Shown here: one piece after another, positions 54,249 to 62,944 of the stretch
Numbering within the stretch: position 1 is the first letter of the stretch
Layout of the letters: every line of letters starts with the position of its first letter
Origin: a virus
Taxonomy: Duplodnaviria > Caudoviricetes
Strand: one strand, 5' to 3'
DNA length: 64,000 nt
Virus record (IMG/VR): IMGVR_UViG_3300023105_001349
Coordinates: 15,518-79,517 of that record
Program-made: the position numbers and the translations under genes
The notes under the pieces: generated by a model
Told to the model about the DNA's origin: nothing
Seen by the model: only the letters and a program-made list of their open reading frames with translations
The model's database searches: none

Positions 54249-55231
54249 TTAGGATACCTCGCTTGTAATGGTTCTGAATAAGATGCTGCCTGGTCTGCAA
54301 TACGTTGCATATCCCACTTAGCACAAAACTTCATAAGACGCATACCAACCTGTGTAATGTCTTTAGGTTCAACTTCTGCAATAGTAGTATTAATTATCTC
54401 TCGTATCTCAGGCGGCTGTGCTGTTAAGTCACATAATGTAACATTGCGATTGTAATCATCTAGTACGCGATGTTCATCACCATTATGATCAACCCAACGC
54501 TGTAGCATAAGATTGTTCCAATTATAACCTTTCGCGGATTTATCGTCATATGCTTCGAGTAAACCAACTTTGTTTTTTGTACCTTTCTTTCTAACGCCTG
54601 GATAGGCTGAGAAGACATTGTCACTTGTATCACCTCGCATACATTTTTCAAATAGTAACCATTGTGGATCAGGAGCGCCTTTAGGCTCCTTAGTTTTTTT
54701 ATCTATAATAGGTTGCTTTTTCTTATCATCAAAGTAACCTTCGTGTGTAATAATTGTGTTACTAACGCCGTTGTACTGTTTAACGTTAGGAGCAATTAAT
54801 TGTGCAAAGTCACCATCGGTACTAATTATGACATGATCATCATTAGGATGACTTTGCACCCATCCTGCAATTAGGTCATCTGCCTCTAATTGCGGATGTC
54901 TGATCATTGTACAGTTAGTCTTTGTACCGATAAAATCTTTAAACTCATCAAAGATCTCCCAGAACACTTTATCTTCTTCTGCTTGTGCAGGAGTAAGTGC
55001 ATCTCGAGCATCTTGTCTATTGCGTTTGTAAGGCTCGTAGTAGTCTTTACGCCACGAACGTCCTTCTAAACAAAATACAACATGGTCTGCATTAAAGTCT
55101 TGCCATGCTTTCTTAACACTGTTAAGTGTAATGTGTAGTGCCATACCTACTTTAGTATCTAAGTCGCCACGTACTACATGACGAGCTCTAAAGAAAGTGT
55201 TTGCAGTGTCTACTAAAATATATGTACTCAT
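54245..55231 (-). CDS. 5'-3' exonuclease / T4 RNase H-like flap nuclease
   Basis: YILVDTANTFFR, SWRK..Y..YK.NR, LEADD, STDGDFAQL and GDTSDNV acidic motifs of the FEN family. Confidence 0.9.
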   Translation of the reverse strand: MSTYILVDTANTFFRARHVVRGDLDTKVGMALHITLNSVKKAWQDFNADHVVFCLEGRSWRKDYYEPYKRNRQDARDALTPAQAEEDKVFWEIFDEFKDFIGTKTNCTMIRHPQLEADDLIAGWVQSHPNDDHVIISTDGDFAQLIAPNVKQYNGVSNTIITHEGYFDDKKKQPIIDKKTKEPKGAPDPQWLLFEKCMRGDTSDNVFSAYPGVRKKGTKNKVGLLEAYDDKSAKGYNWNNLMLQRWVDHNGDEHRVLDDYNRNVTLCDLTAQPPEIREIINTTIAEVEPKDITQVGMRLMKFCAKWDMQRIADQAASYSEPLQARYPK

Positions 55232-55419
55232 TATACCAGTTCTTCTACTATTCCTAATACTTCTGCTAGTATAAACAATATTCCGGCAAAAGTCAAGTTT
55301 CCTGTTACCAAAAATCCGCCTGCACCAATACGTAAGACACTTTTAACTAGACTTACATAAAAATGACCTAATCCAGGATCTTTACTTGCAGGAACAATAA
55401 CTCTTTCTGGTATAGGCAT
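55231..55419 (-). CDS. Small membrane protein (62 aa)
   Basis: Two hydrophobic segments. Coupled at both ends. Confidence 0.6.
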   Translation of the reverse strand: MPIPERVIVPASKDPGLGHFYVSLVKSVLRIGAGGFLVTGNLTFAGILFILAEVLGIVEELV

Positions 55420-55814
55420 TAACTTACTTCCGATTTATCTTTATCAATAGGAACTACGTTAATGTAACCCATTTCTCTATCTGTACTTTGTCCTTCTTCT
55501 TCCAGCATTTGAGTTACAATAGTACGGAACCAGGCGTCTACAATCTGTTCGTTTGTTTCGCCTTTATAGCCTGCATCAAGCAGTTGTTCAATAAACTCAT
55601 TATTCCAATCGAGCTCAAAGAACCCGTTTCGAATGTTGTCTGGATTTACTTGTGTATCTAGTACAGCAACCCACGGTTTGCCTGCTTTAGTTGCGGCTTC
55701 TTTTTCTTGTTCTAAAGCATCTCTTCGAACTTCTTCTGTAGTAGGTTCTACTGCTTCTGCTTCATCAATGATTTTAGGTGTAACACCTAAACTCTTTTTT
55801 AGTTTTTCCCACAT
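55419..55814 (-). CDS. Conserved hypothetical protein (131 aa)
   Basis: GGGAGG SD, coupled ORF. Confidence 0.65.
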   Translation of the reverse strand: MWEKLKKSLGVTPKIIDEAEAVEPTTEEVRRDALEQEKEAATKAGKPWVAVLDTQVNPDNIRNGFFELDWNNEFIEQLLDAGYKGETNEQIVDAWFRTIVTQMLEEEGQSTDREMGYINVVPIDKDKSEVS

Positions 55815-55913
55815 TATATACCTGCCTCCCTAACTCTATCCTCTAGAGTTTTTGATTTGTTTTTTCTTTTCTTTTGTTCATCTGCTTTAAACTCATCTGC
55901 ATCAAAAGCATTC

Positions 55914-56807
55914 TCAAGTCCCCCAGGCGTTTCCAAAGAGTGAGATGTGGAGTCTTGGGGTAAATCTCCATCCTCTTTCCATACACGCTTCGGCAACTTC
56001 TTTAACGTTGAGATTGTATTCTTCACTGCGTCCGCCCAGCGGCATAAGATATACTGGACATTGAACCCCGGCGTCTCTGTAAGCCTCCACAGCCCTAGTA
56101 ACTTCATCAAAATCATCTTGAGTAGCGACAACAAACTTGAGATAAATGTCACTACCGTCAACAAGGCTATACTCACGAGCGACAGCAGGCAATATAGCAG
56201 TATCCCAAGGTTCTCCGCTAACACTAAGTTTTGGGGAACAAGACCACGTGACTGTAAATCTATCTTGATCTGTAAGATAGTTGAAGAAATCATCGTGTAA
56301 CTGTTGTGTAGTATTTGTTTCAAATGTAACATTTTTTAAGTCCTTCATCCGCGGATGTTCAAATAAATCGATGTACAACTTTTGCCAAGCAAGCAAAGGT
56401 TCACCGCCTGTTAATATTAAATGGATGTCTTGTCCATTGTCCATTGTCCACTTACCTTCTGGAGTAAGTGAAAGCAGATGTTCAACAACTTCGTCCACCT
56501 CGGCTAATTTATTGAAGTCTTTGAACTCTGGATAGATACTTGCGTATGTATCACAACCTGTGTGAATAATAGGCAAGTCTTCAAACTTTTCTGTAGTCTT
56601 ATGTACACCTGCATCAATTAATGCTTTTACTTCTGCATTATAACGATTGCCTTCTTTGTGCTGTTGCCAACGATCTTTGTCAGTCTTAACACCAAAATTC
56701 ATACAACGAAAGTTACAACCAAAAGTACGCAGGAATACACTAGGTACACCTACAAATTTACCTTCGCCTTGAACGCTATAAAATGCTTCTGAATATCTTA
56801 ATTTCAT
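55914..56807 (-). CDS. queE: 7-carboxy-7-deazaguanine synthase (radical SAM)
   Basis: EAFYSVQGEG...GVPSVFLRTFGCN..C...CDT, LTGGEP, FETN, SPKL, and terminal RLHISLFG. Confidence 0.9.
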   Translation of the reverse strand: MKLRYSEAFYSVQGEGKFVGVPSVFLRTFGCNFRCMNFGVKTDKDRWQQHKEGNRYNAEVKALIDAGVHKTTEKFEDLPIIHTGCDTYASIYPEFKDFNKLAEVDEVVEHLLSLTPEGKWTMDNGQDIHLILTGGEPLLAWQKLYIDLFEHPRMKDLKNVTFETNTTQQLHDDFFNYLTDQDRFTVTWSCSPKLSVSGEPWDTAILPAVAREYSLVDGSDIYLKFVVATQDDFDEVTRAVEAYRDAGVQCPVYLMPLGGRSEEYNLNVKEVAEACMERGWRFTPRLHISLFGNAWGT

Positions 56808-56935
56808 TTCTTTTTCTTTCTCAATCTTCTCATTTTATCGTAGTAGTGAAATGTACGTTCGATAATAATCTCTTTTACAGTTTTTCTACGTTTACGTGCC
56901 GCATCACTGCGAGACATGCGTTCTGCTTTATTCAT
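56804..56935 (-). CDS. Small highly basic protein (43 aa), absent from the ORF track
   Basis: MNKAERMSRSDAARKRRKTVKEIIIERTFHYYDKMRRLRKKKK. ATGA overlaps with both neighbours. Confidence 0.6.
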   Translation of the reverse strand: MNKAERMSRSDAARKRRKTVKEIIIERTFHYYDKMRRLRKKKK

Positions 56936-57192
56936 TCGTCCTCGCTTTCGAATTCCTCATCATACATCTCAGGATCATCAAGTTGCATCATTAGATTACT
57001 AAATCCAACTTGCATTACACTGTATTCACTTAAATCATTATGACGAAAGTTTTCGATTTCGTTAACTTGATCTTCTTCTAAGTCGAAGATACTTTCTACT
57101 TCAAAAAACTCACAAACATAATCAATTACATCATCTGTAATATCACGTTCGTAGTTTTCTTCCCACTTGTGAATTCTATCCCAATTAAACAT
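56932..57192 (-). CDS. Small acidic hypothetical protein (86 aa)
   Basis: D/E-rich, GGAGG SD, coupled. Confidence 0.6.
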   Translation of the reverse strand: MFNWDRIHKWEENYERDITDDVIDYVCEFFEVESIFDLEEDQVNEIENFRHNDLSEYSVMQVGFSNLMMQLDDPEMYDEEFESEDE

Positions 57193-57371
57193 TACTTAAC
57201 CTCCACTAAAGGTTCTACTGTTGATGTATCGTGATAGTCACTTTGTTTGTGACTTCTAGTATGAGTTTCTCTTACTAGCATACCATTTCGAACTTTATAT
57301 ATTGTATATTCTTCTTTGAGAATACCTAGTTTTTCTGCTTCTACTGCTGATTTAAAAGGTCCTTCTAACAT
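57192..57371 (-). CDS. Small hypothetical protein (59 aa), absent from the ORF track
   Basis: MLEGPFKSAVEAEKLG...VEPLVEVK. The start overlaps the folE 3' end and the stop overlaps the next ATG. Confidence 0.6.
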   Translation of the reverse strand: MLEGPFKSAVEAEKLGILKEEYTIYKVRNGMLVRETHTRSHKQSDYHDTSTVEPLVEVK

Positions 57372-58066
57372 GCGAACTCCTGTTGTAGTTTAATGTTATC
57401 AAAAAATTCTTTCTTAGTACCTGCATCATCTTTAAATGAACCTTTTAGTACTGTAGTTTGTGTAAGGCTACTATGTGCCTTAATGCCTCTATTCTCACAA
57501 CAACCGTGTGTTGCTTGAATATAAACACCTAAGTGTTCTGCACCTGTTGCTTTTTGAATCTCACGTGCAATATCATTTGCAAGTTCTTCTTGTAGTGTGC
57601 CGCGTGTTGCACACCATTGTGCTATACGTGTATACTTGCTCAAGCCAATTAGTTTTTCCGCGGCAATAATACCAATGTATGCTGTACCAGTAACTGGCTG
57701 ATGGTGATGTGAACACATACTTTTAAGTTCACTTCGTACTACTAGCATACCTTCATAACGGTCTTCGCTATCATTTGGAAATGCTGTTGCATTTGGAATA
57801 GGATCATAACGTCCTGCCATAATTTCATTAAAGTACATTTTAGCAAGTCGATGTGCTGTACCTTTTGAATTAGGATCATTATGTCGATCAATTAGTAAAG
57901 TATCTAAAACAGTTTCAAATGCTTCAGTTGCTTCATTAATAAGAATATCTTTATCGTTAGGTGTAACATATTCTGAAATGTTATCACCTGCCCAAAAGCG
58001 TTTGCCTTCTGCAATCATTTTATCTCGAATTGCAGTTGAGTATGTTACTTGTTTTACTTCTGTCAT
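57365..58066 (-). CDS. folE: GTP cyclohydrolase I
   Basis: TAHRLAKMY, SMCSHHHQP, IGLSKYTRI, LQEEL and HGCCENRG zinc/GTP-binding motifs. Confidence 0.95.
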   Translation of the reverse strand: MTEVKQVTYSTAIRDKMIAEGKRFWAGDNISEYVTPNDKDILINEATEAFETVLDTLLIDRHNDPNSKGTAHRLAKMYFNEIMAGRYDPIPNATAFPNDSEDRYEGMLVVRSELKSMCSHHHQPVTGTAYIGIIAAEKLIGLSKYTRIAQWCATRGTLQEELANDIAREIQKATGAEHLGVYIQATHGCCENRGIKAHSSLTQTTVLKGSFKDDAGTKKEFFDNIKLQQEFAC

Positions 58067-58126
58067 TTATTATATCTCCGATGTTAAGGCAGAGGATTGC
58101 CGTGTATACTACATAACATTATACAT

Positions 58127-58155
58127 AGTATACACTTATTTAGGTTCTTTGTCAA
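58127..58155 (-). promoter_or_regulatory. sigma70 promoter TTGACA-N17-TATACT upstream of folE
   Basis: Minus strand TTGACA at 58155-58150 and TATACT at 58132-58127. The -10 box lies in one arm of a 10-bp inverted repeat. Confidence 0.8.
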
Positions 58156-58157
58156 GT

Positions 58158-58373
58158 TTATTCTGCAAAATAACCATCTAAAATATCAAGAACATCCTGA
58201 TATTTTGCCATTTCCATAATTTCTTTTTCAATCTCGTCACCAATATTTCCGTGCTCTCCAATTCCTACAGGATTGTTTAATAGCACTTCTACATTAATGC
58301 GATGCTTTTCAATATGCCCTAAAGCATGATCTCTAGCAGCCTTCAGTAAATGCGATCTCAAGTTGGTCATCAT
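58158..58373 (-). CDS. Small conserved hypothetical protein (~71 aa)
   Basis: AAAGGA SD. Sequence HIEKHRINVEVLLNNPVGIGEH. Confidence 0.6.
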   Translation of the reverse strand: MMTNLRSHLLKAARDHALGHIEKHRINVEVLLNNPVGIGEHGNIGDEIEKEIMEMAKYQDVLDILDGYFAE

Positions 58374-58752
58374 TTTTCCTTTCATATTTCTGTTGTGACG
58401 GAATGACGCCTCTGACGCCGCCTCTTGGATCTTCCATATCTCCGTCTCTACGGAAGATCAAATGTACATGGGGGTACATGCAAGTTTGCCCTGCACTTTC
58501 TCCCATGTTAATTCCTACATTATAACCTGTAATATTGTTTGCTAAACTTTGGACATTTTGATTGCCCATTTCTACAGCAAACTTAAAACATCTCATTATG
58601 CAATCAACAGTATTGTCTTTAGGTACTACAAGTGTATGTCCTTCTGTTACAGGATAGATATCATTATAAACAACAAAGTCTCTAGTATCAATTTCAACTT
58701 CTGTCCACGGAGCTCTTCCGTCTTTTTGTGCCTGTTCTAATGTATCACTCAT
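58333..58752 (-). CDS. HIT-family nucleotide hydrolase
   Basis: DIYPVTEGHTLVVPK, GYNVGIN.G..AGQT..YPHVHLI.R. Start at the ATG overlapping the upstream gene. Confidence 0.9.
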   Translation of the reverse strand: MSDTLEQAQKDGRAPWTEVEIDTRDFVVYNDIYPVTEGHTLVVPKDNTVDCIMRCFKFAVEMGNQNVQSLANNITGYNVGINMGESAGQTCMYPHVHLIFRRDGDMEDPRGGVRGVIPSQQKYERKNDDQLEIAFTEGC

Positions 58753-59035
58753 CGTCACCCCACCATGCTTTAAACTCTTGTGCCATATCGCTTTTAGGCT
58801 GAGTTCTTTCATAATGCAAAATTGCCTTCTGAGTTTCTTCGTCTAAAGTTTGAAATGCTTCTCTAAACTCTGCTGCCTGTTGATGACTTGCTTCTTCACG
58901 TGCTTCTTCAGCTAAGTCTTCGTCTTCGATTTCATCAGCTTCTTCCCACATATCGTAAGTTGCTGAATGTGCTTCTTCATTAAGATCGCGGATAATATCC
59001 CAGCAATCATTGTAACTTAGTATTGGATCAATCAT
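58745..59035 (-). CDS. Acidic hypothetical protein (96 aa)
   Basis: E/D-rich helical ORF, ATGA-coupled. Confidence 0.55.
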   Translation of the reverse strand: MIDPILSYNDCWDIIRDLNEEAHSATYDMWEEADEIEDEDLAEEAREEASHQQAAEFREAFQTLDEETQKAILHYERTQPKSDMAQEFKAWWGDDE

Positions 59036-59589
59036 TGTCCTACATTCTCCCATGGATAAACTAACCATACATCTTCTTCTGCTTTATTAATTTCATGTAC
59101 AGTATAGTCTACTTTATTGTTAAATTTGCTTGCTAGATTATCTGTAATCGTAGCAAACTTTACATTATTGTGCCATACTCGTTCCCAAGCCGTTGTTTCT
59201 TTTGGTAAACAAGTACTTTGCCAATCTTCTTTAATCCAGTTAAATGTAGCACCAGTATCATTAATATCATCTACAATAAGAATCTTTTTGCGTTTAGCAA
59301 GATCCCAGCGAGTTTTGTAAATCTCACGATCTTCTTCGTTTACATAACCAAAAGCATCTTCGCTCATCCAGCAGTTACTTTCTGGACCTTGTTCATCGTC
59401 ACGTAAACTAACTTTTAGTGCTTCACAACGAATGTTTAGCATATTACTAAGAATAGTAGCAGGTACGTTGCCACCTCTTGTAATGCCTACAATATAATCA
59501 GGCATCCATCCGTCTTTGTACATTTGTAATGCAATGTTAACACATGCTGCTTCTACATCTTCCCAACTGTAATAATGTTTCTTAATCAT
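59032..59589 (-). CDS. Type I phosphoribosyltransferase (purine/xanthine-guanine PRT-like)
   Basis: IVGITRGG, PRPP loop ILIVDDINDTGATF, and terminal WLVYPWE. Confidence 0.9.
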   Translation of the reverse strand: MIKKHYYSWEDVEAACVNIALQMYKDGWMPDYIVGITRGGNVPATILSNMLNIRCEALKVSLRDDEQGPESNCWMSEDAFGYVNEEDREIYKTRWDLAKRKKILIVDDINDTGATFNWIKEDWQSTCLPKETTAWERVWHNNVKFATITDNLASKFNNKVDYTVHEINKAEEDVWLVYPWENVGQ

Positions 59590-60077
59590 TCTTCTTTTGC
59601 ACCTCTTGCAAGATAATCTTCGTTATTAATCCAACGGTAACCTTCGTACTGTACAAATCGTACAAAGCCCCATTCTTTTTGTTTACGTCCCATAAAGAAC
59701 AAACTCCAACAAGGGATTTCATTGCCTTCCGCATCTTTCTTTAACTCCAACCAATGTAGGTCATCTGGTTTACGGAAACGGAAATGACCAGGGCCACGCC
59801 AAACTCTTGTTGCACCTACAACAAACCCTTCATTAGATATAATAGGAATGTGTTCCCAGTAACCACCTTTAAGAATAAATGTAGCATAACTCCAAGGGTG
59901 ATCGTGTAGTGTAGGTTCGTCACTCTTTAAAACTTTGTGTAGTGTAATGTTAAACGGAAAGTTCTTTCTGTTCTTTAAAAACAGATAAAACCTTATTAGA
60001 TAAGGCTCTCCGTTATCTCTATCTCTAATAACTCGACGTCGGCCGAGCTTGTCCATAATTTTAGAAAGGAATGTCAT
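59586..60077 (-). CDS. Cupin-like protein
   Basis: LHKVLKSD...LHDHPW..ATFILKGGYWE...LHWLEL...WSLF..G. Confidence 0.65.
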   Translation of the reverse strand: MTFLSKIMDKLGRRRVIRDRDNGEPYLIRFYLFLKNRKNFPFNITLHKVLKSDEPTLHDHPWSYATFILKGGYWEHIPIISNEGFVVGATRVWRGPGHFRFRKPDDLHWLELKKDAEGNEIPCWSLFFMGRKQKEWGFVRFVQYEGYRWINNEDYLARGAKEE

Positions 60078-60474
60078 CGTCAATTTCTCCTGCCTTTAAT
60101 TTGCCTTCGTAGTCTTGTTTACACATATCGTATACGCTTTTAAAGTTGCGCCAAACTTTTTCTAAACCTGGATAATGCTTACACATTTGTTCAACAGTTG
60201 TTGGATTAATATTACCAATAGCACCAAAGTCGCCTGACAAGTTCCAATCACCAATATTGATAGTGTCTTCACTGTTTATGTCAATAGTAAATGTACCGTC
60301 ATTAGATCCGCTATAAACAACGTCTGTTACACTATCACCTGCCCAATACGTTGTAGTTGCACCGTATGTATTACTTAGATCGATTGTAATTTGATTGTCA
60401 ATATCGTCTGCTATTCCTTTAGCAAGCTCGTCTAAGACAATTGTATATTCATCACTTTTCTTTGATTGCGTCAT
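60061..60474 (-). CDS. Hypothetical protein (~137 aa)
   Basis: Overlapping ORF with a D/T-rich N-terminal half and a helical C-terminus. Confidence 0.55.
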   Translation of the reverse strand: MTQSKKSDEYTIVLDELAKGIADDIDNQITIDLSNTYGATTTYWAGDSVTDVVYSGSNDGTFTIDINSEDTINIGDWNLSGDFGAIGNINPTTVEQMCKHYPGLEKVWRNFKSVYDMCKQDYEGKLKAGEIDDDIPF

Positions 60475-61555
60475 ATAATGCTGCTCCACTAAAGAAGTGT
60501 TTATTTAATACTGTTCGTTGTTTATCTAAACTGACGAGATAGTCATCATAGTTTTCCATGTAATTGCGTATTTTATCTACAAGTAAACCTCTGTACTTTC
60601 TATAAGCAAAGAAGTCTTCAGTCCATTCACTTGGATATAAAAACTCTGGAACAGACATTTCTGAATAACTTAGTCTATCTGGTACCATAGGAATAGTATC
60701 TACTAGTGCGCCTTCGTACCAACTAATACCTAGTGTTTCTTGTAAGTTAGCAGAGAACACCATCTTTGCTTCGCCTAGCAAGTTGTGATATTCGTTCTTA
60801 GTAAGTTGACGTTCTTGACATACAACAAACTCGTATTCAGGAAGTTGTTCTTTTAAATCTCTAAAAATATCAATTTGTTTTTCAGGAGCAATACGATGTG
60901 GAAAGAGTATAATATCTTTCTTCTCCATATGTTTATAACTATCTAAACTATTCTTTAGATATTCCATAGGCCAACCAACACGTTTAATACTAGTATCACT
61001 ATTACGGATTTCTTCTAGTTCTTCATCGTACCACGGATTCTCTAAAGGTATACCATTGTTAAGTAATTCTCTATGGAATAATTCAATATGGAAATCTGTA
61101 GCAAAGAAGTTGTGGTCGTATGTGTAATACATACTTTTTTCAGCATGTCTTACCCATGGAGCATCTCCAATGAGTCTGCCTAAGAAATCTTGTGGATCAT
61201 ATGAACCGGCGTGCCATAAGCCGCCTATTTTAATTTTAACGCCAAGAAGCTCAGCCATATAACGAAGTTGAATAACAGTAGGGTTCCAAGCGTCTGTGTA
61301 TAAGAAGTAGTCACCATCTTGTACCACGCCGTTACAGAACATTTCACCAATCTGTTCCAACTGTTTTGATTTGTAGACATTGGTACCTCCAAAGTTAAGA
61401 AATGCCCCAGGCGTGGTAGCCTGAGGCGTCTCTCCTCCACTGATAACTTCTACATTTGTGTTTGTAGCTCGTTGCAGTTGCTTAGGAAGATGCTCTTTCC
61501 ATTGCTTAGTATAACGTGTATCTACTGCTTCGATATCTACAATGTAGATTGTCAT
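60452..61555 (-). CDS. GT-B (GT4-like) glycosyltransferase
   Basis: ILFPHRIAPEKQ, YHNLLGEAKMVFSANLQETLGISWYEG (Ex7E motif), and VPDRLSYSE. Confidence 0.8.
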   Translation of the reverse strand: MTIYIVDIEAVDTRYTKQWKEHLPKQLQRATNTNVEVISGGETPQATTPGAFLNFGGTNVYKSKQLEQIGEMFCNGVVQDGDYFLYTDAWNPTVIQLRYMAELLGVKIKIGGLWHAGSYDPQDFLGRLIGDAPWVRHAEKSMYYTYDHNFFATDFHIELFHRELLNNGIPLENPWYDEELEEIRNSDTSIKRVGWPMEYLKNSLDSYKHMEKKDIILFPHRIAPEKQIDIFRDLKEQLPEYEFVVCQERQLTKNEYHNLLGEAKMVFSANLQETLGISWYEGALVDTIPMVPDRLSYSEMSVPEFLYPSEWTEDFFAYRKYRGLLVDKIRNYMENYDDYLVSLDKQRTVLNKHFFSGAALYDAIKEK

Positions 61556-61762
61556 TTAGTTTCTCCGTTGATTAATATTACGTCCTGCGTTGCGAGCCTT
61601 TGCACGAAGGTAGTTTTGATACTTCTGATACTGTTGCCAGACAGGAGCATCTTTTTTGTAAAGGTCTGCTTCATTAAAGACCTTACCTTCGAAGCGACAG
61701 TAGTCGCGAAACTTATCCAAGTCGTCAAAGATCTTAGTGACTGGCGGAAAGTTCTGTGCCAT
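61556..61762 (-). CDS. Small conserved hypothetical protein (68 aa)
   Basis: AGAGGA SD. Abuts the glycosyltransferase start. Confidence 0.6.
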   Translation of the reverse strand: MAQNFPPVTKIFDDLDKFRDYCRFEGKVFNEADLYKKDAPVWQQYQKYQNYLRAKARNAGRNINQRRN

Positions 61763-61774
61763 TTCATAATCCTC

Positions 61775-62230
61775 TTATTGTAATGGTTTGGGGTAAAAAA
61801 TTGAACAGCCATTTTCGTTATCTTCAGCTACGCTGATCTCTACAAAGCGGCCGGGGAACTTTGTAGCGATTTCTTGATACAAGTCGTCTGCAATCATTTC
61901 ACATGACTTGTGATCTAATTCTAATACACCTTCAACATCATATAGTCGTTGCATCCAACGTTTAAATTGGATAAACTCAATATCGCGATCGTTATGAAAT
62001 ACTTCAATACGAACACGGAAGTGAAATATATGACGATGTGGAATGCCTAAGAAACTTACATCATCCCAGTCTCCTGTTGCAAGTTTAGGGTCTGTGTCAG
62101 CACCTGGGTACATATGTACACCTTCTTTTTGAAAGGTTACCCAAATACTACGTTCTGCATTTTGCATTGACATTTTTTTATCTTCTTCTTTCATTCTACG
62201 TAACATGTAATCATGATATCGTTCTTGCAT
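61775..62230 (-). CDS. queD: QueD/PTPS-like T-fold protein (phage-type)
   Basis: PHRHIFH (zinc HxH), KSCEMIA, and ISVAEDNENG. Lies in the folE/queE neighbourhood. Confidence 0.6.
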   Translation of the reverse strand: MQERYHDYMLRRMKEEDKKMSMQNAERSIWVTFQKEGVHMYPGADTDPKLATGDWDDVSFLGIPHRHIFHFRVRIEVFHNDRDIEFIQFKRWMQRLYDVEGVLELDHKSCEMIADDLYQEIATKFPGRFVEISVAEDNENGCSIFYPKPLQ

Positions 62231-62237
62231 TGTTTAT

Positions 62238-62266
62238 ATAATACTTTCATTCTAGAGGTTTGTCAA
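62238..62266 (-). promoter_or_regulatory. sigma70 promoter TTGACA-N17-TATTAT
   Basis: Embedded in the 3' end of the upstream gene. The -10 box ends 7 nt before the queD-like ATG. Confidence 0.7.
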
Positions 62267-62774
62267 GTCCATATTTGTCCCAAGATGTAAATTTGGTAGA
62301 ATCCATTAGATCGTGCAATCTATGACACCAAACACCTGGGTTGGTTGCTTTAAAATCCTTATCATCAATCTTAATCATTGTATTATAATTGTATTGTTTG
62401 ATGTAAGGCATTGGGATACGCAGTTGCGGAATAAAGTTGTCACGTTCGATCATGCCACTTTCTAATAATGCTTCTGCGTGATCCATAGGAACATCAAGTG
62501 TTACAAGATAGCCTTCATCTAAGAAAGGCATCATCATTGCTTCATAACGCTCCCAATTTCCTGCGTCCTGTGGAAAGTTTATTCCTGGGCAGAAACTGTG
62601 ATTGGCTCCAAAAAAGATATGCTTAATGTTGCCTAAATGTTTTTTAATAGTATCTACTTTGTGCATACCATCTACAAACAATGTTTCCATACCGTATGCT
62701 GGAGTATGTTCTACTTCAATGCCTGTAAAGAAGCGTACATCTTCTGCTACACCTGTTTTATAATCTCTTTTCAT
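62247..62774 (-). CDS. Conserved hypothetical protein (175 aa)
   Basis: Start MKRDYK overlaps the upstream stop (ATGA). Lies inside the deazaguanine locus. Confidence 0.65.
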   Translation of the reverse strand: MKRDYKTGVAEDVRFFTGIEVEHTPAYGMETLFVDGMHKVDTIKKHLGNIKHIFFGANHSFCPGINFPQDAGNWERYEAMMMPFLDEGYLVTLDVPMDHAEALLESGMIERDNFIPQLRIPMPYIKQYNYNTMIKIDDKDFKATNPGVWCHRLHDLMDSTKFTSWDKYGLDKPLE

Positions 62775-62944
62775 CTTAATGCCGATTGATTTTGTAATAG
62801 CCAAATACATTCACCAATATCATTTGGATCTGTAAATCCTTTGTCTACAGTGCATCTTTCATATGGGTGTATTTGATAAGCAAATTCTATGCCTGCACCA
62901 AATGCTGCTGCCATAAACAAAAGAATTAGTAAAAACTGTTTCAT
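62771..62944 (-). CDS. Small signal-peptide/membrane-anchored protein (57 aa), absent from the ORF track
   Basis: MKQFLLILLFMAAAFGAG... with two Cys. ATGA-coupled at both ends. Confidence 0.55.
   Translation of the reverse strand: MKQFLLILLFMAAAFGAGIEFAYQIHPYERCTVDKGFTDPNDIGECIWLLQNQSALR

Noticed and set aside
55931-56332. 172-aa overlapping ORF (55814..56332) as an independent gene
   Set aside because: Most of it overlaps queE in another frame and looks non-protein-like. Only the 3' tail is kept as a finding.
58075-58101. Known preQ1 or THF-II (folE motif) riboswitch
   Set aside because: It does not match the consensus I know for either class. Retained only as an unassigned structured leader.
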